DNA of 56,874 nucleotides, the filler included, from Jimgerdemannia flammicorona (lineage: Eukaryota): the NCBI GenBank assembly GCA_003990765.1. It is 3 parts of 3 records of this genome, joined end to end, with 100 filler letters (N's around TTAATTAATTAA, not from the genome) between each part and the next. Parts side by side here need not be neighbours in the genome. Positions count along the whole stretch, not along the records: positions 1 to 18,897 come from RBNJ01002080.1; positions 18,998 to 37,889 come from RBNJ01002081.1; 1 more part is not named here. One strand, written 5' to 3'. Numbering within the stretch: the stretch's first letter is position 1; each line of letters starts with the position of its first letter. The notes under the pieces were generated by a model that had not been told where the DNA came from, ran no database searches, and saw only the letters and a program-made list of their open reading frames with translations. This document shows, piece after piece, positions 13,401-23,790 of the stretch. Position numbers and translations under genes: made by a program.

Positions 13401-14424
13401 AGTATAGTACTATAGCACCTTGGACTTATACTTGGGATTTCACCAAATTGGACTCACAGAGATGGCAAGTGAAAAGTCAGCCTTCATCACCCCAGACAGA
13501 ACCTACATCTACCTATGAATGTCATTTGGGATGTGTAATGTACCAGCAAGCTTTCAGCAAATAATGAACAAAATCTTCCGCTATAATATGGGAAGATGGA
13601 TAATGGTCTATATCGATGACATAATCATCTACAGCAAGACACCTGAGGAACACCTGCAGTACATATGGCAGATAATGGAAAGACTGAGAAAGCATGGCCT
13701 GTATATCAAGCCCAAGAAATGCAAATTCACAGAAATCGAGATCTTCTACCTTGGCCATATTATCAATCGAGATGGAATACACATAGACCCCCTCAAAATA
13801 CAAGCAGTAGCAGTATACCCAAGGCCCACCACTGTTACAGAAGCCCAAGCCTTCATGGGACTTGCCTCCTACTATCGCAGATTTATCAGAGGATTCTCTA
13901 ATATTGCAGGTCCAATCTATGAACTTAACAAGAAGGACACTAAATTCAACTGGACTGGTAGACAACAAAAAGTATTTGATGAACTCAAGATCAGACTGAC
14001 CCAGGCACCCATCCTCAGATGACCCAATTGGACCCAAGAGTTTATCCTTCAGACAGATATAAGTGCACAAGGACTAGAAGCAGTTCTAGCTCAAAAGGAA
14101 GACAAAAAAGAGTATGTCATTGTATACCTAAGCAGAGGAATCCGAGGAGCTGAAAAAGAATATGAATCCTACAAGTTGGAATGCCTTGCAGTCATCTGGG
14201 CTGTAGAAAAGTTCCACTACTATCTGGCTGGAAGACACTTCACCATTCAGACAGACCACTCAGCTCTCACCTGGCTACTGACAACTGGACAACCCAAAGG
14301 AATCTATACCAGATGGATAATGAAGTTACAAGCCTATGATGTAACCATTGTACACTGCCCTGGAAGAACAAATTCCAATGCAGATACTCTCTCATAGACA
14401 CCTCGAAATACTCCCAACCAATAA
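10450..14424 (+). pseudogene. E2 gag(CCHC)-PR-ZnF-dUTPase-RT-RNaseH
   Basis: Single frame with internal stops. Motifs CYTCREEGHYSYEC, IDTGA, GGVIDSDYTGEI, LCVDYRKLN, YIDDIIIYS, TDHSAL. Confidence 0.92.
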
Positions 14425-14431
14425 ATCAATT

Positions 14432-15634
14432 ATGAATAAGGAGCTCTACTATGGAATCATCACATACCTGGGACAGCAAAAGATGCCCCAACATCTGGAA
14501 GAATGGATGCAAATGATTATCAACAGAACATGGAAACAATTCGAAACTGATGGATAAACACTGAAGAAAGAAAAATTACTAGTTATATCAGAACACAAGA
14601 AGGAGCAAGCAATGAAATCAGTACATAAACTTGGCCATCTAGGAGGAATGAATACATACAACAAGGCAAGAAGAACAATATAGTGGCCAGATATGGAAAA
14701 AGATATCAGACAATTTGTCAAAACCTGCGACAAATGCCAGAAACAGAAACAAGACCAACAAAACCAAGCCCCAGAATTAGCATATATAGAACCAGTACTA
14801 TTTGCCCATATAGCAATGGATGTAATTGGCCCTCTACCCTTGACCCTGACTGGTAACCGATATATCATTATCATCATAGACCTTTTTATGAAGTAGATAG
14901 AAGCAGGACCTCTCAAGGAAGCCAATGCACAGTCAATTGCCAATTTCTTCCACAAAGAAATCATTTGCCAGTTCAAGACCCCAATGCAAGTAACTACAGA
15001 TAGAGGAACAGAATTTGTGAACCAGTTCATCAAGGTTCTCTACAAGAAGTACAAGATCCAGCACATTCGGACTACAGCCTATCACCCTCAAGGAAATGGA
15101 CAAGCAGAAAGGACCAACAAGACCCTCAAGAATGTTATTTCCAAGATCTGTGATAACTATGAAAACTGGGATCACTATCTGCCAATAGCATTATCTGCTC
15201 TCTGAGATATCAGATCACAAAGTACCCACTTTACCCCTTGAGAAATGCTGTTCAGAGAAGAAAGTTCTCAAGAAACCCTATTGTTCAATGGGGATGCTGT
15301 ATGGAAACATGTGGATGGAGAAATATGGAGACTATACCAAATCAGGAAGAAGGCTGAGGATTACATAATGAAGGCACAGGCACTACAATAGAAGAATGCA
15401 GAAAAAACCCACAAACTCCTGAAGATTATCAAGATAGGAGATGAAGTCCTGATATATCAGAACATGATAGAAGCCTCATGGTCATGAAAACTGGAGCCCA
15501 AGTGGAAAGGACCTTACCTTATGCAAGATATAAAAGGAACCACCTTTTGGCTATGAAAACTCTCAGGCACAATCATCCCTACTACCATCTACCGAAACTG
15601 ACTCAAGAAGTATCATAACCAGTCAATGAAGTAA
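14432..15634 (+). pseudogene. E2 integrase, separate +1-frame ORF
   Basis: Starts MNKELYYG. Motifs CDKCQK, MDVIGPLP, TDRGTEF, YHPQGNGQAERTN, WKGPY. No chromodomain seen. Confidence 0.88.
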
Positions 15635-15659
15635 TACTGCTGCCCTCAGAATTACTAGT

Positions 15660-16050
15660 ATGGCCCAGTGAGCCATTGAAAGACAGTGGTGTTCCACCAA
15701 GTCACCAACAATGGAAGAATCCTTTGACAGTATCCAGAGTATAGTGCAAATACACTTATTATGAATCTCACATTTCAAGGCCTACCAGAACCGAACTAAG
15801 TTCCAGGAATACTTCAAGTTGGGACAGCTACTGAATTCAAGACTGAAGATGGGAAAAGAAGACTGGATTAGAGAATGTCAGCTCTCCTACACTCAGATTA
15901 CAATTGCAAAAAGAGTGCACAAGTTATTCAAAGACGACAAGTCAGCCTTAGCCCATTTCTGAGAAGTAACCTCCAGAAGACTTTGTATATGTCAAGAGAC
16001 AACATTGGAAGGATGTAATGACATAAATTGCACAGTATAAGAAAATACAA
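15660..16050 (+). pseudogene. E2 3' accessory ORF, distant homolog of the E1/E3/E4 accessory protein
   Basis: Translates ...KFQEYFKLGQLL...ITIAKRVHKLFKDDKSALAHF*EVT..., lying between IN and the PPT. Probable frameshift near 15980. Confidence 0.6.
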
Positions 16051-16118
16051 ATTGTATAAGCCTGGGAATTTGAGTGAATAGGATGCTCCTGAGATGAATC
16101 ACCTATTCAGGAAGAAGA

Positions 16119-16580
16119 TGTGATGGCTGATCCGAATTAGTAATGAAACAGGGGAATTAGACATTTGATCATAGTACCTGAATCCAATTCCCAATATAGC
16201 ATAGCCTCATAAATAGTAGCCACATTCTGCAAAGTGCAGAAACTTTAATGTTTGCAAAGATTTAGGAGATGTTAGAATCTTCACAATCAGCAAAATCTTA
16301 GCAGATGTTAAAAGATTCAGTACTTGCAAAACAAGCCATTACTTAGCCACCTTATAGCTAGCAAACTTGTATAAATAACCCAGTATCTTAGAGTAAATAA
16401 ACCTCAGATTGAAATGGTTCAAAAGCAAAGAGATAGCAAAGGAACTAATAAGCCTGCAGGCAGATACACTTCGAACTCATCCATCCCTGCATCCCAAGAC
16501 TCCGAGGAGTCAGAGAAGATTAAGTATTCAAGATACAGAAATCCAATGTACTTTCAAGAGTAAGCATTTACTATATTACA
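16119..16580 (+). repeat. E2 3' LTR
   Basis: Direct repeat of 9871-10335. Confidence 0.95.
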
Positions 16581-17450
16581 ATATACTCTATATCTCTCAT
16601 AATCAATATATATCTAAGCTATTTATGAATACTTTAATATATATAAGTGAATGTAAGCCTATCAGTACTCCTATGAAAATATCTTTAAAGTTAAGGAAGC
16701 CTGAGACTGACAATGATAAAAACTATATCAATATTCTCTATTAATAAGTAGTCAGTTCCCTCATATATCTCATACTAGAAATAAGGCTCAATATTTCACA
16801 CACTATAAGATAGTATAGTACTTATTCTACCATAATTATTTATATTAGAGTACTATTAAAAGAATTTTCAGATATATTAAAGATATATTATACTATATAC
16901 TTACTCTCAGTAGATTGAGCAGGAGTAGTAAGGACAATAACATATAACTATCTGATATATATGATACTAATTGGGCTGGAGACTTATATAGATACATAAT
17001 TGCTGATCTATAACTAAGTACTTCTTTTAGTTAAATAAAGAGATTATATCTTAATAAATATATAAACAGAGTTAGTAGTAATATTATCTATACAAATAGA
17101 TTATCAAGTACTATATATCTACAGCAATAAAGAAAGCTATTTGGCTATACCAGCTATTAAAGAAACTCAACTTTGATCAAAAGACTCTATACTTATTCAT
17201 CTCTATTATTACTATAGTAAAGAACTCTATTTATTATGATAAAACTAAATATATTTATATATAATATATTATATAAGAGAATATATATATAGAGAATAAA
17301 ACTATATACTTGAAATATATATATTCTTATAGAGTATATAATTGTAGATTTACTTACTAAAGCTCTTTTAAGACCTAAATTCAAGTAATATACTAAAGAA
17401 ATGAGTCTTATAATAAACTATATACCAATAATAGAACTATATATTAGTAA
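16581..17450 (+). pseudogene. Degenerate Copia RT/RNaseH, part downstream of the E2 insertion
   Basis: SECKPISTPM, DTNWAGDL, KEAIWL and LLTKALLRPKF are colinear with the intact Copia at 29880-30740. Confidence 0.8.
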
Positions 17451-17869
17451 TAGATAATTATAGGATATTTTATAATAAAAAAGAAGTAATATATATATAT
17501 AATATAGTGATAGTTAAAACTATAACAATATTTATGATTTTTTAAAAAAATATATTTTTTGACTGAAATACTTGTCCAATTAAATCTAAATAATTACTAT
17601 AGATAGATTAGTATATTAGCTTTATAATAAATTATACTAAAATTATCAAACTTTAAGGACTTATAGTTGTAGATATTCTCTACTACTTTATATTTTTTAT
17701 TCTTTTTTTTAAAATAATGGAAAGCTTTTTAGTGATGTTTGAAACTATACTATTTATGAATACTAATGATGTTTTTTAAAATATTTATTTTTGGCTGAAA
17801 TATTTATCTAATTAAATCCAAATTTTACCATAGATATAGTAGTATATCTTCTTTTGATTTTTTTTTTTT

Positions 17870-17901
<32 letters not shown>

Positions 17902-18009
17902 TTTTTTGAACCTTTTTTTTTTAGAATATATATATAGCATTTAATATAACTATTTTAGATTATATTATACATTATTATATTTTGACCCCATTTTGTATTC
18001 TTTTTAAGC

Positions 18010-18566
18010 TAGTATTTTATATATTTTTCTTTAGCTTTATACAGTGCCATAACCTATCTGGGCATACTTTCAATTAATCCAGTATAAATATCTGTCAGAA
18101 TATTATTTCATTCATACTCTATATACTTCCAAAGATTGAGTATTCCTTCTAGTACTTCTTTATATATAATCAACCTTTTTTAAGCTTGTATTATAAGTAT
18201 TTAATGAGATTTATATTAGGCAATTGTGTAGGTCAGTCTAAGATATAAATTGAGTGATTTTTTAACCATCTATATATCATTTTCAATATATGTTTTGGAT
18301 TATTATCCTATTGGAAAATATCTTTTTTGAATTAAGGTTATAATATCTGATCTTTTTATATATCATATCTCTATAGTATGAGTAATTTACTGCTAAATTT
18401 TAGAATACCAGTTATCTAATTTAGTTTCTATACTGGCTCTTCTGACTTGTGCTATTGCCATTCATGTCTATTTGACTCCAAATGGTTTATCTTGATCTTG
18501 TCAGAAAAAATGACATATTTCCAATTAGTAATGCTTCAAATCTTATACTTGGTGACAAATTCATAG
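18010..18566 (-). pseudogene. Degenerate Tc1/mariner transposase
   Basis: Minus strand gives WKYVIFSDKIKINHL, FQ*DN, WLKNHSIYILD*PTQLPNINLIK and LIESMPR*VMALYKAK, matching Tc1 motifs VIFSDE, FQQDN, WPAQSPDLNPIE and LIESMPRR. Confidence 0.78.
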
Positions 18567-18568
18567 TA

Positions 18569-18778
18569 CAGTATATTCCAAAACTGAACCAATGTTTTAT
18601 TAAATTTTATATTTTAATTATTTAAATAAAAATACTCTAAATAAATATATTTTATATTATAATATATTATAGTTTTATATTAGAGATATTTAAAAATATT
18701 AAATTTATTATTTTTAAATTTTTATTTTATCTTTAAAAAAAAATCTAAAAAAAAAAAATTATTGGTTCAGTTTTGGAA
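18569..18778. repeat. TA-CAGT-starting terminus with a perfect 18-bp inverted repeat (Tc1/MITE-like)
   Basis: TTCCAAAACTGAACCAAT (18576-18593) and ATTGGTTCAGTTTTGGAA (18761-18778) flank an AT-rich spacer. Confidence 0.55.
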
Positions 18779-18897
18779 CCAAATTATTTATAAATATTCT
18801 TTATTTAATAGATAGACAATAAATTGAGATATATATTTAAAACTTATTATAATTATTCTTTTAATATTTCTCTATAATCCTATATAATTTATTTTTT

Positions 18898-18997
18898 NNN
18901 NNNNNNNNNNNNNNNNNNNNNNNNNNNNNNNNNNNNNNNNNTTAATTAATTAANNNNNNNNNNNNNNNNNNNNNNNNNNNNNNNNNNNNNNNNNNNN
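18898..18997. other. Assembly gap with artificial linker
   Basis: N-run, TTAATTAATTAA, N-run; 100 bp in total. Confidence 0.97.
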
Positions 18998-19069
18998 TTC
19001 GTCACCGTGGTAGGAGGCGAGAATCGGATAACTGACATATTTGTGGACACCCTCCTCATTTTCATATTT

Positions 19070-19351
19070 TCAGACATTCAGGACCCTCGGCGACACCTGG
19101 CTCTTCTCGAACGACTTGCTCTGGTCGCCCGACTCGCCAAACATGCAGTGCTTGACCTGCTCGACGGACGTGCTGGAGCGGTGTACGAGGCCGAGACAGA
19201 CAGGTTTGAGGCGGGTAAGGAGCGAGCCGCAGTGAGAGCGGGGAGAGCAGTGGGGAGGAGCGGCGTGATGGGCATCATGGTCATCACCAACACCCAGCGC
19301 GTCTGGGGCACTGTATCCGAGAATGTCCACTCTATCCTGCATTGTCGCCAT
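19070..19351 (-). CDS. Possible first coding exon of a host gene, product unknown
   Basis: Lies in a CpG-rich, unmutated island. The frame MATMQDRVD...FEKSQ has strong third-position G/C bias. Possible donor CAG|GTGTCG, and a possible upstream intron at 19626-19714. Confidence 0.35.
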   Translation of the reverse strand: MATMQDRVDILGYSAPDALGVGDDHDAHHAAPPHCSPRSHCGSLLTRLKPVCLGLVHRSSTSVEQVKHCMFGESGDQSKSFEKSQVSPRVLNV

Positions 19352-20189
19352 CACATTCGATCTGGGCGGCAGGTTCTACTTCCAGCGCAACCGCATCGAT
19401 AACCTTTACTGTCATCCTTGCGGTGACTGCGGTGACTAATGTCATGCTACTCTTTACTGTCGTCCTACATCAGCTCCCAGAGGCCGCCGCGAAGGGAACA
19501 GCGTTAAACAACGTAACGCGCATCGCTTGGCCACTTGCTCCGTTTTTTGCCTATTGGTGTGCATTAGATCCGGTGATTAGGATGGAGATGGGTGGAAATC
19601 CTGAGACACACTCGGGGGGTAGTGGCTGTAGGAGTCCGGTGAGTGATATACATGCGCAAAAGAAAGGGTTGCGGTAATTAATCCGTGATAACGTGAATAT
19701 ATATTGACAGGTACCTCGCACTGCTCGAGCTGCTCGGCCTGGCGACCTCGGCGAGGCGAGCACTGAGGTAGGTCGTGGCATCCAGTGTTTCGGCGATGCT
19801 CTTGGGTTCGGAAAGTCTGACGTCGTGTGATAGAGTTCGTGAAGGGTGGCGGAGATGTGAGCGGCCGTGGAATATTGTTTGAGGTATGGCCGGAAAACAG
19901 AAAATATTAAAAATAAATATAATATAATATATATATATATATATGCCATCGCCACCACTTATGAATGCCAGCCGTGATCCCTCCGGAAAATCAGCTCAGC
20001 CAAACCTCCAAATGAAGTCCGCGAGATTTTGTCGATCGCCTAAAAAGTGATGTATTATACACGGATTCCTTAAGCACCGGAATTCAACTCTGAATATTTA
20101 TTGTTTTAAACCACCAACCTTTATCAATTACGGGCAAGGATTGATTACTGCCTTCTGTAATGATCCAACTTTTTCAATCGCAAAAAGCG

Positions 20190-20315
20190 CGAGCCAACGC
20201 TCGACGCGTGACGTCACGTGAATTTTTCAAAATTGCGGAGATAAACCACATCACGTGCCCAGCGGCCAAATTCAAGAAATCGGATCACGTGACTAATTTT
20301 TTTACCGCCACGTTT
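20190..20315. promoter_or_regulatory. Cluster of bHLH E-boxes, a CRE and an MCB-like site
   Basis: ACGCGT 20204, TGACGTCA 20209, TCACGTG at 20214, 20251 and 20285. Confidence 0.55.
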
Positions 20316-21072
20316 CAAGGTTTTTGAGTCTTCCACCTCTCTCAAAGCATAATTGGGTTGTCTCTATCACATATTAGTTGTGATACCAAAAGTTGACTAG
20401 ATATATATTTATACTGGACTTAAATCTTAATCTGAAGTCAACCTCTTTGTATACTATTAATAATAAATTACTATTTATAATAAGACTACTTGAAACTCAA
20501 CTTTTTTTTTTTTTTGATGAAGTTTAGATTTATATATATAGTTTTTTTATTTCTTAGAAAAAAGATTTATTATAGCCAGAACTTATATTTTGAAGCTAAA
20601 GTTAATAATTCTTAAGTTATTACTATTAAGATAATAACTCAATATATAGATATATTACTTTATACTATATATGTACTATTTTATCAGTTTTATATCATTT
20701 ACTAGTAATATATAAAATAGCAACTTATACAAATTTGAATAAAATTGGTCTCTTTTACTATAAGATTATAAGTCTTACTAGTACTAAGTAATTATAATAT
20801 ATATATACTATGTATACTATATATATATATATATTTATAGTTACTTGGACTTTTACTTTATTATCAACTAGTCTATATTATATAAATATAGATGAACCCC
20901 TCACCCAATCTCACAAAGAGCTCCCCCCTTCTCTCTGACTTTTCAGAATATCATTATCTCTTATGCTATTCTAATTCTCTCTTTATTCTATTTATAAATC
21001 TTCTCTATAAGTTCTCACTACTTCTGCCACTATTTATATATACTATACTTAATACTTCAAATGAGTCAATTT

Positions 21073-21578
21073 AATCTAGATTGAATTTGGATTGAATTCT
21101 GATTGAATCTCATCTGGATCAACTTGGATGAGATTTAAATTCTATCTGGATTAACCATTGTTTTAATTTCCAAATTAGATAATTAAATATTTATATTAAT
21201 AACTCAATAAATAATTATCTAATTTTGATAATCTTAATGTTATTTGAAAGCCCTAAATAAGATATTTCTAATGATACTAAGAACATTACAATCAGATTAT
21301 ATATTGCTGAGCTATTAAGGAAAATATTTTTTTGAAAAAATTTCCAAAATTAGTAAGTCAGATGTTTTCCTTGATAACTTAGTAATATATAATATAATTT
21401 CAATATTCTTAATATCATTAGAAAGGTCTTATTAAGAGCTTTCAAATGATATCAAGAATATCAAAATTAGATAATTATTTATCAAGTTATTGATATAAAT
21501 ATTTAATTGTCTAATTTAGAAATTAAAACAATAGTTAATTCAAATTAATCCAGATGAAATTTGAATCTGATCTAGATT
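21073..21578. repeat. Foldback/MITE-like long inverted repeat
   Basis: Arms ~21150-21325 and ~21364-21540 are close reverse complements around a ~40-bp spacer. Each arm contains TTTGAAAG...TTTCTAATG. Confidence 0.8.
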
Positions 21579-21720
21579 AGCTTATTCAGAGTACTAACTA
21601 TACTATATATACTATACTATAATAAATTATGATAAAAATCAGCTTAATAGAGTAGAGTTAGCTGGCTATTGACTTTATGTATTTAAGAAGGAGTAGTAGT
21701 TAAGTATAAGAGAGAGATAG

Positions 21721-23790
21721 TGTAAGCACACAACCCCCAAGCTACTGAAATCACATGTCACTCTTTGAACAAGCCACCAAAATCACATGTGACCTCTGAA
21801 CAAATCTGGAGATCACCTGCTTGATCATGAAGCTGAGTTAAACTGAAGTCACAGTGTATAAAGCTGAGTCAACATGAAGTCACAGAACACAAGATTTACA
21901 CAAATAGAATCTTACTAATCAGGACCAAATGCATATACATATATCAAGTACTGAGATATGTCAAAACAGAGAACTAAAACAAACAATAACCATAACTTCT
22001 GAATATATACAAATATAACCACCAAGATCTACAATTGCATCCATACTGACATTTGGAATGCTATTGTCAACTGAGCCACACTCCCTCTGCCCCTCATGAA
22101 TATCCATAGTCTAGTACCCCTCTACTTCATGGAAGCCTGATGGAATGCTCTGAACATGCTTAACGAGACCTATTAGATCAGACAAATCTCAAGCTACTAC
22201 CAGATTGGCTGCCTTCTGGAAGACATAGTTGAACACCACCATGATACAGACATTACTCAGATATCTCAACACCAGAAGCTCATTGCCCACAAATACTGAG
22301 AACTCTTCTATGAGTACAGCACCTTTATTCCCTACCTCTAAGTTACAATCAGTGAAATGGTTACTACTCTGTCCTACAGCTAAATAGATGACATGATACA
22401 AGAACTCAATCACAAGTACCTCAAATATGTGGAAACCACAGACAGAACCTTCCCATACCTGAACGACTATATCCTGCAAATGCCTCAAGTTGAATACATG
22501 ATGAAGGACATCTACGATATAATCTACTTTGATGAAGATAAAGCAGAAGACAATGATCCCTCTGACACTGACATGACCTCAAGCCAAGGATCCCTGCCAA
22601 CCCTGATCATGCTACCAACCTTGCTAATGAACTTACAATAGTTTATAACCATATATGAGACTTATTGGGACAATGACCACTGGTATAAATACTAACCCAT
22701 GTTCACCTCTAATTACTTCAACTATAATGAAGAGACCAGAGAACACAATCTGTACCTTCAGACAATCCTTGAGTTTAAACCAACAACTCCACCACCTGAG
22801 TATGAGTGATATGAACCACAGCCACCAGCCTACTACAACCCTGTGACTCATAGTGCTGTAACTTATAGAAGGTATGCAGACAGCGAATCTGATGAAAATG
22901 AAGACAATGCACCACTCCTTTACCCACTAACATCTTATCCAGTATACAAGACAGACGATGCAATCCTGTGGGATGGAGATGAAGTTCCAATATATTATTA
23001 CCTCAGTGAACAAGGAGAAGTAATCTGCGAACTACTTTTCCTAGATGACTACTTCATCAGAGATGATGTCATTGATGGTAATGTTATCAAAGACTACCCA
23101 GACAGTGTCTAAACCTATAAATAGCTTAGCAGTCATAGTATAGTTAGATTAGTCTTATATGACATGACTGTGAACTGACTCAGCAGTCAGATGATCTCTT
23201 GACATATCAGATCACACTTATACTATATGACTGTATTTCGACTCAGCAAGGCACTTAGTGCTACATCCATATTTAGCATAGTCCAGATAGCCTCTCACTA
23301 GTATAAATACCCCCTCCCTCAGACCATAGAATCTCAGACCTGAATATTCTGAACATAACTTCTGAGTACTTTCCCACAATATCTCTTCACACAACTACTC
23401 CTAGTATAGTAATATCATAAATAGCAAATAAATCTATTTAATAACCCACAAAACACTCTTAAGTAAATCTACTCCCCATTAGGTCCCTCTCCTAACTCTA
23501 TTATGAAATTTCCTAATTGGGTATTGTCTGTAGTGATATGTCAATTCAACTGAGCTAGTCTTAGTTTCTTGAACTTCCTAAAATATGGAAAATCCTAAAT
23601 ATCCAGAACTAGTCCAAAAAAGGACTTTGGTTGAGACATCAACCTGATCTTGAAATCAATAAGCATAGAGGACATACTCCATATGAAATTGATCTTGACC
23701 TTAAGAAAATGGTCTTCCAGAACATCCAGAACTTCCAGAAAACCCTTCCAGAACTATGTAATGATTACTCTAAAAAGCAACCCTCTTACA
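21721..23790 (+). repeat. E3 5' LTR
   Basis: Direct repeat of 35601-37663, differing mostly by transitions. Confidence 0.95.
21958..23112 (+). pseudogene. LTR-encoded accessory protein of E3 (384 codons when stops are read through)
   Basis: ATG 21958 and track ORFs 22393 and 22843 share one frame, with only transition-type stops. Contains SYYQIGCLLE...HQKLIAHKY*ELFYEYSTFIPYL and an acidic tail. Second copy at ~35834-36985. Confidence 0.8.

Larger units (their letters stand above)
9871..16580 (+). mobile_element. E2: full-length Ty3/Gypsy LTR retrotransposon, same RT lineage as E1
   Basis: LTRs 9871-10335 and 16119-16580 (TG...CA), 4-bp TSD ATAT whose removal restores the host Copia frame (NRSIYTLYLS), PBS-like TGGTGCC at 10339, PPT ATTCAGGAAGAAGA. 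Confidence 0.95.

Noticed and set aside
18942..18953. TTAATTAATTAA palindrome (also 37934-37945)
   Set aside because: Artificial all-frame-stop linker inside N gaps. Adjacency across these gaps is unverified.
19060..19090. Minus-strand TCC-TGA as an antizyme +1 frameshift site
   Set aside because: The +1 frame stops after five codons and shows no antizyme-like sequence.
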